Positions 25,377-34,288 are shown, counted from the first letter of the stretch. The stretch is 35,072 nt of DNA from a virus (IMGVR_UViG_3300005512_000142:1-35072), one strand, 5' to 3'. Notes: generated from the letters alone by a model not told the origin. A program made the numbers and translations.

Positions 25377-25485
25377 CTTCTTCATACAGAGGGCATGGTT
25401 CTTCAAACAACTCTTGCATTCGTAGTTGTCTAACTCTTTCTAATAACTGATTGAATGATTGTTCTTTTTTTTCATCCTCGGTCAT
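25363..25485 (-). CDS. Small acidic protein (40 aa)
   Basis: MTEDEKKEQSFNQLLERVRQLRMQELFEEPCPLYEEDELD; ATGA coupling. Confidence 0.6.
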   Translation of the reverse strand: MTEDEKKEQSFNQLLERVRQLRMQELFEEPCPLYEEDELD

Positions 25486-25664
25486 TTTTCTTTGAATAGG
25501 TCTTCTACTTGTTTACGAGTAGCATTCATCTTGTGCTTTTCACGCTCTGAATGTTTGTAACCATGTTTTCCAGACACTATGAAATGTCCTTGACATATCA
25601 TGGTCACACCAAATAAAAATAGTGTGACCACACCAATCCATTCTATAATGTTATTTTCAACCAT
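25482..25664 (-). CDS. Small TM protein
   Basis: 60-aa ORF with an N-terminal hydrophobic helix. Confidence 0.7.
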   Translation of the reverse strand: MVENNIIEWIGVVTLFLFGVTMICQGHFIVSGKHGYKHSEREKHKMNATRKQVEDLFKEK

Positions 25665-25879
25665 GGGAAAATAGGATCTATAACTCCAATGAGTCGAAGC
25701 AAACCCTCAGCAAAAAGTGCAAGAACAACCCACCCAACACACATAGAGATAATTGAAGCATTACGATTATGTTTGCGTATTGCATCATCAATCATCTCCT
25801 GAACTTCTTCTTTGGTCACATGATTTGGAGGTTCAATATCTTTCCCCCACTTACTAAAATCAACTTGCGGCATCTTCAT
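25643..25879 (-). CDS. Small TM protein
   Basis: 78-aa ORF with a C-terminal hydrophobic region. Confidence 0.75.
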   Translation of the reverse strand: MKMPQVDFSKWGKDIEPPNHVTKEEVQEMIDDAIRKHNRNASIISMCVGWVVLALFAEGLLRLIGVIDPIFPWLKITL

Positions 25880-26126
25880 CGTTGGGAAAATCTTTTTCTA
25901 AAGTTGAAAGTCGTTCTGCCCAGGTCACTCCGCCTTCTTGACCTCTAGCAGGATTGATACATTGATGATTACCAAGTTTGTTACAAACTAGACCTGCAAG
26001 ATCTAGATCATTACCCATCTTACCCGTTCCAGACCAGTAGTGCTGCTCATTGATCCAAAGAGCACCACACTTGGGACATTCTGCTCTACTCAATGATAGA
26101 TCAGACAGTTCCTTGTCATTGGTCAT
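25860..26126 (-). CDS. Hypothetical Cys-rich (possible Zn-binding) protein
   Basis: CPKC plus two further Cys; GGAGG upstream. Confidence 0.8.
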   Translation of the reverse strand: MTNDKELSDLSLSRAECPKCGALWINEQHYWSGTGKMGNDLDLAGLVCNKLGNHQCINPARGQEGGVTWAERLSTLEKDFPNDEDAAS

Positions 26127-26346
26127 TCTTGTGTTCCTCCAGGAATTTGTCGTAGTTTTTTGGCGGAAGACCTAGCTCCTTCTCCAACTTTCGTTGCATC
26201 CTCCGCATTTTGAATCTAATAACAGCATATTGCAGCTGTACGTCAATATATTGAAACAATCTCATGGTCCCATCAAATCCAGCGTACCAGACCATAAGAA
26301 TAAAGATTAATACTACTAAGTAAAATCCGTAAGTAGATGGGTCCAT
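26116..26346 (-). CDS. Small protein with N-terminal TM segment
   Basis: 76-aa ORF; TTGACA-N16-TATCAT upstream. Confidence 0.75.
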   Translation of the reverse strand: MDPSTYGFYLVVLIFILMVWYAGFDGTMRLFQYIDVQLQYAVIRFKMRRMQRKLEKELGLPPKNYDKFLEEHKNDQ

Positions 26347-26462
26347 TAAGGCACAGAGCTATTTGTGTATCTATATGATACTTTACTTTCACTCATTGTC
26401 AAGTAACAATATATACACTTTTATCTTGATGTCAAGATAGTGTTTAAGAAATCGTTAAAAAA

Positions 26463-26549
26463 CGGTGAGTCTCGGATTTGAACCGAGGGTGCCCGTGAAG
26501 ACACATTAGTTTTCAAGACTAACGCAATAAACCACTCTGCCAACTCACC
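26463..26549 (-). tRNA. tRNA-Ser(UGA)
   Basis: Cloverleaf with UUAGU-CU UGA AA-ACUAA, long variable arm and G discriminator. Confidence 0.95.
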
Positions 26550-26904
26550 CTATGATTTCCAACAAGCCAGCGTGTATTTTACGATGGCAGGGAGCACAGA
26601 GCATATAACATTTGTCTATCTCTGCTTGGATTGTCTCCCACTTATATCCTTTAGATGCTAACTTAGAAACTTCTCCTTTTTTAGATGATTCATCAATATG
26701 ATGAAAATCAAAGCAACATGGTGGATGATAATCTCCACAAAGTTTACAGCATCCAATGTCAAGTTTAAGTTTATTTAGTTTTTCAACTATTAATTTTTTA
26801 TTAGTTTTTCCTCTTTCATATTTCGCTTTTTTAAAATCATTACTTTGTTTTTGTGCCCAGAGTCTTTGTACTTCTCTTTGCTTTTCTTTATCTTTGTATG
26901 GCAT
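26545..26904 (-). CDS. Free-standing HNH endonuclease
   Basis: CKLCG, FDFHHID and KCYMLCAPCHRKIH motifs; AT-rich; stop codon inside tRNA-Ser. Confidence 0.88.
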   Translation of the reverse strand: MPYKDKEKQREVQRLWAQKQSNDFKKAKYERGKTNKKLIVEKLNKLKLDIGCCKLCGDYHPPCCFDFHHIDESSKKGEVSKLASKGYKWETIQAEIDKCYMLCAPCHRKIHAGLLEIIG

Positions 26905-26927
26905 AAAGCACAATATACTATTTGGTT

Positions 26928-27119
26928 TTACTTATTATTTAGGAGAGTAGAACCTTTATTGGGAACATCGTTCCAGTGTCTTATGACACCTGCAACGATA
27001 AAAATGTTTGTGACCATGTAGGTAGGTAAAATAACTGTTCTGATAATAGCAATAGAGTTTGCTTCACTATCAGAACGTCCTTCTTTTTTACCAAGTGCGT
27101 AACACCACAGTCGCCACAT
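26928..27119 (-). CDS. Small membrane protein
   Basis: 63-aa ORF, MWRLWCYALG...IVAGVIRHWN. Confidence 0.7.
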   Translation of the reverse strand: MWRLWCYALGKKEGRSDSEANSIAIIRTVILPTYMVTNIFIVAGVIRHWNDVPNKGSTLLNNK

Positions 27120-27126
27120 ATATTTT

Positions 27127-27363
27127 TTATTTATTTACCAATGATTTCTTTACGCTTGCTTCAGATTTTCTGGGAACTTTGTATTGAAACTCGCCTTTCA
27201 AATTATAAATCAACTCAAAGTTTTCCGTCAAGACATAATAACCAGTCAAATCTTTTCCATCATCAACCCAACCATAACTAATCAACCGTTCATTTACATC
27301 TTGGAGATCCAGTTTCTTATCCGTGTTCAAGTAGTGGTTGAAGAGTTGGTGCAGATTGATCAT
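27127..27363 (-). CDS. Hypothetical protein
   Basis: 78-aa ORF with ATGA coupling. Confidence 0.75.
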   Translation of the reverse strand: MINLHQLFNHYLNTDKKLDLQDVNERLISYGWVDDGKDLTGYYVLTENFELIYNLKGEFQYKVPRKSEASVKKSLVNK

Positions 27364-27608
27364 CGTTCCTCGTAGTTTATTTTTCGGACGCGGCGTTTCC
27401 GTCGTTCCTCCTGGTATTTTAGGTCATCATTTGACAACAAAGGTTGTTTCTTTATATTGTTATTAGGATTAAGTAACAAAACTTTACTTAAATCTTTAGC
27501 GGTCACCGTTTCACCTTTTATGGTTGTCATATTTGGACAACCGCAGCACTGTATTTTATTAGAACTTACTAGTTCTGTATTACATACTTTGCATCGAATG
27601 GATAACAT
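27360..27608 (-). CDS. Hypothetical zinc-ribbon-like protein
   Basis: CKVC...CCGCPN; basic tail; GAGG upstream. Confidence 0.8.
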   Translation of the reverse strand: MLSIRCKVCNTELVSSNKIQCCGCPNMTTIKGETVTAKDLSKVLLLNPNNNIKKQPLLSNDDLKYQEERRKRRVRKINYEER

Positions 27609-27637
27609 TTTTTTGCATTTAACCTCTTTGAGAGTAG

Positions 27638-27709
27638 TGGGCGAAGAGGGGATCGAACCCCCGACAACCTCGGTGTAAACGAGACACTCTACCGCTGAGT
27701 TATTCGCCC
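27638..27709 (-). tRNA. tRNA-Val(UAC)
   Basis: Cloverleaf with UCUCG-UU UAC AC-CGAGG. Confidence 0.95.
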
Positions 27710-27786
27710 TGGAGCCACTTAACAGACTCGAACTGTTGACCTGCTGTTTACAAAACAGCTGCTCTATCCAGCTGAGCTAAAGTGGC
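27710..27786 (-). tRNA. tRNA-Thr(UGU) with encoded CCA
   Basis: Cloverleaf with GCUGU-UU UGU AA-ACAGC; ends UCCA directly before tRNA-Val. Confidence 0.95.
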
Positions 27787-27789
27787 GGA

Positions 27790-27825
27790 CTCCCTCACCC
27801 GTTCTACCAACTGAACTATGAGGGA
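27790..27825 (-). pseudogene. Internally deleted tRNA (Asn-like): acceptor stem and D arm only
   Basis: UCCCUCA-UA-GUUC-AGUUGGUA-GAAC-GGG-UGAGGGA-G; anticodon and T arms are absent. Confidence 0.8.
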
Positions 27826-28092
27826 ATAGTGCAGGTGAACCAACCTGCAGTTTTGGGGAGATGTCTACCCATGGTCTGTTTGTGGTGGGTGGTGAGGTTT
27901 CATCATACTCACAACTAGAGGGTCACACTGATGAACTTCTCTAGCACTACAACACTCCCTGATGTGGGATTCTCATGTCTCTGGTCTCCCAGTCACATGG
28001 CGGGTATCACCCCTGTGTTCATATACATTAACCCGTGAGTGACCACAAGGTTTGTTCTGTCACACCCCATGGAACTTCCGTCGAAATTCCAA
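27826..28092 (-). ncRNA. Multi-stem ncRNA within the tRNA operon (manA RNA motif-like)
   Basis: Stems UUGUGGU/ACCACAA, CAUGU..CUGG-GAGA-CCAG..ACAUG, UCCC/GGGA, CUAGAG/CUCUAG, GUGAG/CUCAC and UGCAGGU/ACCUGCA. Family name is from recall only. Confidence 0.65.
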
Positions 28093-28166
<74 letters not shown>

Positions 28167-28175
28167 AAGATAAAT

Positions 28176-28204
28176 ATTTTACAAGGTTCGTTCTATGCTG
28201 TCAA
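28176..28204 (-). promoter_or_regulatory. Sigma70-like promoter of the tRNA operon, TTGACA-N17-TAAAAT
   Basis: -35 at 28199-28204 and -10 at 28176-28181, 9 nt before tRNA-Arg. Confidence 0.8.
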
Positions 28205-28205
28205 G

Positions 28206-28373
28206 ATGTACATAGTAAAGAAACTCAATGGACAAGGAGAATGGATTTATTTAGTAGCAGATTCTCAGTGGTCCAAAGAGAGTAAGTTTGCTAGAAAGTT
28301 TTCAACTGAGGGGGCAGCTACTTATGCTGCAGACCCCAACGGAATCTATGAGTTAGAGATAGAAATAGTCTAG
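28206..28373 (+). CDS. Small divergent plus-strand protein (55 aa)
   Basis: MYIVKKLNGQGEWIYLVADSQWSKESKFARKFSTEGAATYAADPNGIYELEIEIV fills the gap; GATAAATA upstream. Confidence 0.55.
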   Translation: MYIVKKLNGQGEWIYLVADSQWSKESKFARKFSTEGAATYAADPNGIYELEIEIV

Positions 28374-28573
28374 TCCCAGTTAGGCATATATTCGATTGAA
28401 AACACTTCATCATCTTCACAATTAGGATCAAACCATTCTGCAAACTCTTGTTGAATGGAATAAGCGTCTTCAACGCATTTCAGAGGATCTCTCTTGACAC
28501 CATCGCAAAGAGTATGAATACGATCCACTGCCCATTCATGACTCAGCTCTACGGTTTCTTCCAAAGTTTTCAT
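28370..28573 (-). CDS. Hypothetical protein
   Basis: 67-aa ORF directly after the lysozyme-like gene. Confidence 0.75.
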   Translation of the reverse strand: MKTLEETVELSHEWAVDRIHTLCDGVKRDPLKCVEDAYSIQQEFAEWFDPNCEDDEVFSIEYMPNWD

Positions 28574-28574
28574 A

Positions 28575-29180
28575 TCAAGTAAAAATCATCTTTTTAGTGT
28601 AATCATATGCATATTGTTGACGATATCCTTTGATACCCCAACCCAACCAATAGTACGCAGCAACCATGTATTGGTCAACCGTTTGACCATTACCTTCAAA
28701 CATAGGCAGATACCGCTGAAAGATATTCTCATTAATCATGTAACGAGTCTGACCTTCCAGACTGCTAGGGTCACAAGAATACTTCTCGCAGAACTTACCG
28801 AGTCCATTATAGCGACCTATTGAGGTCCACTGAATAAGACCATACCCACCCCGATGGCAACGGTTGTAAGGAACTCTAGCCCCTCCCTCGCATATGTTGG
28901 GAATAAACTTGCTCTCCTGTTTAATATTTCCCATAATCGTAGCAAGAGCATTGCGATCTGAGATTCTTGTTTTCTCTTGGAGTTTTTCAAGGACGTATTT
29001 TTCATTGGTATTACATCCAGGACACTTCCAAGTCTTTTCCACTGCCTCAATGGGGACTGCCTTCTCCATGTTGACCGCTACATCAACTTGGGGAGGGTTC
29101 TTGATCTGATTGATGCTAGGGTAAGCACAAGCAGCAGGAATAGAAGTCGCCAACGCAAGTGGCAGAAATTTCTTGATCAT
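28575..29180 (-). CDS. Phage tail-lysozyme-like muramidase domain protein with signal peptide
   Basis: ATIMGNIKQESKF and GGYGLIQWT...R motifs; N-terminal MIKKFLPLALATSIPAAC. Confidence 0.75.
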   Translation of the reverse strand: MIKKFLPLALATSIPAACAYPSINQIKNPPQVDVAVNMEKAVPIEAVEKTWKCPGCNTNEKYVLEKLQEKTRISDRNALATIMGNIKQESKFIPNICEGGARVPYNRCHRGGYGLIQWTSIGRYNGLGKFCEKYSCDPSSLEGQTRYMINENIFQRYLPMFEGNGQTVDQYMVAAYYWLGWGIKGYRQQYAYDYTKKMIFT

Positions 29181-29194
29181 TAAATTAACAGAAC

Positions 29195-29686
29195 TCAGCA
29201 TTCGTCACAAAGATTTGACCCTTCACACGACTCAAAATAATCCTTGCGGTAGTACCGCCCGAGGATGTTGCTATTATAGAAGGCAGGGGTGCCATCTGTC
29301 AAGCGTTCGGTCAGAACATTATGTAAGAAGAGTTGACGGGTCTCTTCATAGTTAGTCTTACCTGGAGTCTCATGAAGACTCAATATAACTCTCTTAAAGG
29401 ATTCCTTCCCGTAGAGTTTAATGTCCGCTTTAAGCTCTGGACAAGATCCATAGTACTGACGCCAGTTACTCTCAGACGTAACTCTTCTCCGTTTTCCTGT
29501 TTTATTACTAGATCTAGGCTTTCGTTTTTGCCAAAAGTACTTCCTGCCAATGTACGATCGGTTTGTGATGTCAGAGGTAATTTCATAAACAAAACCCCAG
29601 TTGTCCCGAATAAGGCTCCCGTCAAAATAGGTGCCCATATATGTCCAGGGATTGGGGTAGTCAGGATACTCTTTACTTTCTTCCAC
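29195..29686 (-). CDS. GIY-YIG superfamily nuclease-like protein
   Basis: GFVYEIT...SYIGRK, YYGS, conserved Glu and FYNSNI. Confidence 0.8.
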   Translation of the reverse strand: MEESKEYPDYPNPWTYMGTYFDGSLIRDNWGFVYEITSDITNRSYIGRKYFWQKRKPRSSNKTGKRRRVTSESNWRQYYGSCPELKADIKLYGKESFKRVILSLHETPGKTNYEETRQLFLHNVLTERLTDGTPAFYNSNILGRYYRKDYFESCEGSNLCDEC

Positions 29687-29711
29687 ATATTCATGATGAA
29701 ACCTAGATTAT

Positions 29712-29855
29712 TTATCTGTCGTATTTGTACTTCATTGCCATAAGAAACCAGGCATCAGTCAAACACTTTGGACCATCCATGATAATACGTGCCTGCTTAT
29801 CCTTTATTGACGGATCAGCAAGGGCACGTCGTTTCCATTCTGGCAATTCGCTCAC
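29712..29855 (-). CDS. Small hypothetical protein (47 aa, GTG start)
   Basis: MSELPEWKRRALADPSIKDKQARIIMDGPKCLTDAWFLMAMKYKYDR; GTGA overlap with the nrdB stop. Confidence 0.65.
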   Translation of the reverse strand: MSELPEWKRRALADPSIKDKQARIIMDGPKCLTDAWFLMAMKYKYDR

Positions 29856-31042
29856 AGTTGGAACCCAGCGAAGGTATCCTTCTTCACGTCTTGCTTAATA
29901 CCGCCAACAACATAAGACTCAACCTCAGTCTCCTGTGGAGCAACCTGAAGACCCTTAGAAGAAATCCAGTGCTGTGTCCAAGGCAGAGGATTGTTCTTTG
30001 CGGGGATATCATAAACTGGTTTGAGACCGATTGCCTTCATACGACGATTGGCAATCCATTCAACATACTGCTGAAGAAGTTTGTCATTCAGACCAATCAT
30101 TGATCCATCTTTGAACAGGTAATCTGCCCAACGCTTTTCTTCATTGACAGCACGATCAAACATTGCATAAACGTACTCTTGCTCCTCTTTGGCAATCTCC
30201 TGCATCTCTTTATCATCACCTGCCGCCCACTTGTTCAGAATGTTCTGGGTGATGGCAAGGTGTTGGTTCTCGTCTCTTGCAATAAGGGAGATGATCTTAG
30301 CGGACCCCTCCATAAGCTTGAGTTCACCAAATGCAAAAGAGCAAGCAAAACTGACATAAAAGCGAATGCCTTCCAGTATGTTGACATTAGCAACTGCTCT
30401 GTAAAGTTTACGCTTTAACTCACGACGCTCATACTGACCAGTAGCGTGACCCTCTCTTGCCAGGTCCCACATGGTTCCACCATCATACTGATGAGCAGAG
30501 TTAATAAAGTCATTATAGGACTCTGTAACGCTACTAGCACGCTCTAGGATGCGCTCATCAGACACAATCTTATCAAAGACCTCAGAGGGATCAGAATAAA
30601 TGTTCTTGATGATATAGGTGTACGAGCGACTGTGGATCATCTCCATGAATCCCCAGACCTCCATACATGCCTCTAGTTCAGGTAAGCTGCAGTAAGGAAT
30701 AAAAGCCATCCCAGGACCACGCCCTTGAATGGAGTCAAGCATAATCTGGTACTTGAGGTTAGAGGTATAGATATGCTTTTGTTCTGGACGAAGTGTTTGA
30801 TAATCTCCACGGTCTTTCTGCAGCGAAACTTCTTCTGGTCTCCAGAAATATCCAAGTTGCTGTGTAGTCAGTTTGTCGAAGACTGGATACTTGTATGAAT
30901 CATATCTCTGGACTCCCAGAGGTTTACCGAAAAACATCGGTTGCTTTTTAGTATTAACTTGCTCCGTATTAAATACGGTCATCCCAGCAATCTGGGTTGG
31001 ATTATCTTCGATTTTGGAAACTTTAAACTGCACAGGATTCAC
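29852..31042 (-). CDS. nrdB: Class I ribonucleotide reductase beta subunit
   Basis: FWRPEE, LDSIQ, EMIHSRSY, LEGIRFY, RDENQH and VAPQETE motifs; uninterrupted. Confidence 0.98.
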   Translation of the reverse strand: MNPVQFKVSKIEDNPTQIAGMTVFNTEQVNTKKQPMFFGKPLGVQRYDSYKYPVFDKLTTQQLGYFWRPEEVSLQKDRGDYQTLRPEQKHIYTSNLKYQIMLDSIQGRGPGMAFIPYCSLPELEACMEVWGFMEMIHSRSYTYIIKNIYSDPSEVFDKIVSDERILERASSVTESYNDFINSAHQYDGGTMWDLAREGHATGQYERRELKRKLYRAVANVNILEGIRFYVSFACSFAFGELKLMEGSAKIISLIARDENQHLAITQNILNKWAAGDDKEMQEIAKEEQEYVYAMFDRAVNEEKRWADYLFKDGSMIGLNDKLLQQYVEWIANRRMKAIGLKPVYDIPAKNNPLPWTQHWISSKGLQVAPQETEVESYVVGGIKQDVKKDTFAGFQL

Positions 31043-33320
31043 ACTCTCCCTCCTCGGCTTGTGATAGTTGTTGTACTAAAGAATCGAGTTCTGAAGTCTT
31101 TTCTTCTACCTCATCGTTCTTGCTGTCATATGTATTTTGATAGTAGGATGTCTTCCAACCATACTTATATGTAGTCAAAAGGTCTTGTGCCATGACGGAC
31201 ACAGGAACTTCATTATCAGGATAATTTTCTGGATTGTAACTCCAGTTACCAGAGATTGCCTGGTCAAAGAACTTTTGCATCATAGCAACAACATTGATGT
31301 AACCACGATTACTTTCCATCTCCCAAAGAAGCGTATAGTTGTTCTTCAGAGTAGCATATTGGGGAACAATCTGCTTAAGAGGTCCTTTCTTTGATTTCTT
31401 AACGGACAAGTAGTCTCTAGGTGGTTCAATACCGTTGGTTTCATTTGACACAACGGAACTGCTCTCTGAAGGCATTTGTGCGGACAGTGTTGAGTGCCGT
31501 AAACCGTAGGTGTTGATAGATTCTCTAAGACTTTCCCAATCATGTTGATACTCTACAGAACTAATCTCGTCCGCTTCCTTCTTGTATGTATCAATCGGAA
31601 GAATGCCATCGCCATACTTTGTCCTACCAAAGTATTCACAGTGACCCTTCTCTTTTGCCACTGCATTAGATGCTTTCAGAAGATAATATTGGAATGACTC
31701 AGAGAGACCGTGAACCGCATCCCATGCCTCTTGAGAGTCGTAATTAAACCCCAACTTAGCCAAGTAGTGGGCAAGTCCAATGAAACCGATTCCAAGCGAT
31801 CTACGTGCCTTTGTAGCGATCTCTGCTGCCTTAACAGGATACTCTTGATAGTCAATCAGTTCATCCAAACTGCGAACAGAAAGATCACAAAGTTCTTCAA
31901 GTTCTTCATCAGATTTAATCTTTCCTACATTCACAGCAGAGAGAATGCAAAGAGCAATCTCACCAAACTGATCATCAATGTGATTGATAGGATCTGTAGG
32001 CAAAGTGATCTCTTGGCACAGGTTACTCATATTCACCTTATCCTTGAAGGAAGAGTGAGAGTTACAATGGTCAATGTTCATAATGTATACACGACCAGTC
32101 TCTGCTCTCTCCTTGAGGAGGTCAAGGATCAGTTTCTGCGCCCCGATAGTTTTTCTAGGAACAGACTCATCTCGTTCGTAACTAGCATATAAGTCGTCAA
32201 ACTTATCAGTGCCAAAAGCATCATAGAGACCTGGCGTGTCATGCGGTGAGAAGAGGCTAATCTCTGCATCCGCAATGAAACGTTCATAGAAAAGTTTTGA
32301 AATCTGGATTGAGTAGTCAAGTTTACGGACCCTGTTATCTTCTGTTCCTTTATTGTTCTTCAGAACAATGATGTCTTCTATTTCTTGGTGCCAGATTGGG
32401 AAGTGGACAGTTGCTGATCCACCTCTGATGCCGTTTTGAGTGCAGCATCGGACAGTCGCCTCAAATTTTTTGAGAAATGGGACAACGCCTGTATGCTGAA
32501 CTTCTCCGCCTCTGATCTTACTGTTGATGCCACGGATTCTGCCTGCGTTGATACCGATTCCCGCCCTTTGTGCAACGTATCTGCCAATAGCCATATCAGA
32601 GCTAAAGATAGAATCGAGGGTGTCATCAACATCAACAAGAACACAGCTAGCAAATTGTCGAAGTGGAGTTCGCACTCCCGCCATGATAGGTGTGGGAATG
32701 TTGATTTTGTGCTTTGAGATTGCGTTGTAGTATCGTCTGACATAATCGAGACGTGTCTCCTTAGGGTATTCGGCAAAGATTGTAAGAGCAATCATCATGT
32801 ACATAAACTGTGGCGTCTCATATACTTCGCCACTGCTTCTATCTTGCACGAGGTACTTATCAGCGACCTGACGTAGACCTGCGTAAGTGAATAGATAGTC
32901 ACGATCATGATCGATCCAACTATCAACTCTGGCAATCTCCTCCTTAGAATATTTAACAAAAATGTCTTTGTCATACAAGTCTTGATATGCGAGTTTCGTG
33001 ATATGTTCCTCCAAAGACGGGAGTTCTCTCATTCTTCCATACAACTGCTTCCTTAAAGCAAACAGAAGCAATCTTGCTGCCACAAACTGATAGTTAGGAT
33101 GCTCCAAATCAATAAGGTCAGAAGCAGAACGAATCAGAATCTCTTGGATTTCTGCAGTAGTAATACCATCATAAAACTGAATACCAGATGTCATCTCAAC
33201 TTGACTCGCGGAGACTCCCGCAAGACCTTGACATGCCTCTTCAACCATAAGATGCATCTTATCAAGATCAAGGGATTCGATTCTACCGTCTCTCTTTTTA
33301 ACTTTTGTGCCGTTGCTCAT
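31023..33320 (-). CDS. nrdA: Class I ribonucleotide reductase alpha subunit
   Basis: ATP cone (VKKRDG), QFASCVL, SNLCQEI, LCILSA, TSYY and C-terminal CESC; uninterrupted. Confidence 0.98.
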   Translation of the reverse strand: MSNGTKVKKRDGRIESLDLDKMHLMVEEACQGLAGVSASQVEMTSGIQFYDGITTAEIQEILIRSASDLIDLEHPNYQFVAARLLLFALRKQLYGRMRELPSLEEHITKLAYQDLYDKDIFVKYSKEEIARVDSWIDHDRDYLFTYAGLRQVADKYLVQDRSSGEVYETPQFMYMMIALTIFAEYPKETRLDYVRRYYNAISKHKINIPTPIMAGVRTPLRQFASCVLVDVDDTLDSIFSSDMAIGRYVAQRAGIGINAGRIRGINSKIRGGEVQHTGVVPFLKKFEATVRCCTQNGIRGGSATVHFPIWHQEIEDIIVLKNNKGTEDNRVRKLDYSIQISKLFYERFIADAEISLFSPHDTPGLYDAFGTDKFDDLYASYERDESVPRKTIGAQKLILDLLKERAETGRVYIMNIDHCNSHSSFKDKVNMSNLCQEITLPTDPINHIDDQFGEIALCILSAVNVGKIKSDEELEELCDLSVRSLDELIDYQEYPVKAAEIATKARRSLGIGFIGLAHYLAKLGFNYDSQEAWDAVHGLSESFQYYLLKASNAVAKEKGHCEYFGRTKYGDGILPIDTYKKEADEISSVEYQHDWESLRESINTYGLRHSTLSAQMPSESSSVVSNETNGIEPPRDYLSVKKSKKGPLKQIVPQYATLKNNYTLLWEMESNRGYINVVAMMQKFFDQAISGNWSYNPENYPDNEVPVSVMAQDLLTTYKYGWKTSYYQNTYDSKNDEVEEKTSELDSLVQQLSQAEEGECESCAV

Positions 33321-34288
33321 ATCTTTTTCCAAAGGTTAAATTTAAGTTTTGCTTCTAATCCAGAATATATGTTTGATTCTATCATTTCTTGAACATCATG
33401 TCCAGATAGAACCATGTCGTTGATGTCTTTTTCATTGACTGTGTTTGGCCAGATTAATACTTTCTGTCCTCTATCGATGAGTTTTGAAATTCTGGAGACG
33501 ATTTCTCGGTTACGTGGTTCATTATCAAGAACCCAAATATAATCGCTCCAACCAAACGTCCCAACATCAACATCGGACCCACACATAGCAATAGAGTTTT
33601 CCACGAACGTGGAATCGAAGGGTCCTTCCACAATGTAAATGGGTTTCTTGACATCGATGGAATCCAGTCCGTAAATTTTTGGAGCATCATCATTCAACAT
33701 CACAGTGATGTATTTAGTGAAAGATGATGTGAGTGCTCTGCCCTGATATCCAATCAAAGTTTTGGATTCATCATATAGTGGGATGATGATTCTCGGTTCA
33801 TCCTTCATGATTCGATCGAACGTTTGCTTCTGCGTGTTCGTCCATTCCATAAACTTGTCCGCATAGTAGAACTTGTCGGGATCAAGTTTACGTTTGGTCA
33901 GGTATTCTCTTGCAAGTTGATTTTCAGATGCCTTAGGAAGATTGATCTTATGCTTAAACTTTGGTGCTTCAAACTTAAGAACGGGTTCTTCTACAACAAA
34001 GTTTTTTCCAGTATGTCCTTCTTTGAACTTTTCTAGAGTGTATTGCTTATGCAGTTGCCCATCTAACTTTTTCAAAAAGTTATTGAGAGACATCGAAGAA
34101 CCACAGTTATGGCACTTGAAGTTTGTATTGTTTTTTATGGCGTAGAGATATCCCCTCGTCTTATTCTTATTCTTTTGAGAATCGCCACAAATAGGACAAC
34201 GGAAGTTATAAAGAGTCGGCTTTACTCTCTTAAACTTCTGCAGTCTTGTAGAAAGTAACCCAACATACTTCGCATCAACGTAATCCAT
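33317..34288 (-). CDS. 61: T4-like DNA primase (gp61)
   Basis: NFRCPICGDS...CHNC zinc finger; GYQGR; VEGPFDS TOPRIM; DNEPRN; KDINDM. Confidence 0.96.
   Translation of the reverse strand: MDYVDAKYVGLLSTRLQKFKRVKPTLYNFRCPICGDSQKNKNKTRGYLYAIKNNTNFKCHNCGSSMSLNNFLKKLDGQLHKQYTLEKFKEGHTGKNFVVEEPVLKFEAPKFKHKINLPKASENQLAREYLTKRKLDPDKFYYADKFMEWTNTQKQTFDRIMKDEPRIIIPLYDESKTLIGYQGRALTSSFTKYITVMLNDDAPKIYGLDSIDVKKPIYIVEGPFDSTFVENSIAMCGSDVDVGTFGWSDYIWVLDNEPRNREIVSRISKLIDRGQKVLIWPNTVNEKDINDMVLSGHDVQEMIESNIYSGLEAKLKFNLWKKI

Noticed and set aside
27826-28092. tmRNA, RNase P RNA or group I intron
   Set aside because: No tRNA-Ala-like ends or tag ORF, no GAGGAAAGUCC, and no P/Q/R/S core.
29712-29855. Possible frameshift in the small gene after nrdB
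   Set aside because: On recount the frame is open for 47 codons.
29852-33320. Introns, inteins or an endonuclease within or between nrdA and nrdB
   Set aside because: Both ORFs are of normal length, continuous and directly overlapping.
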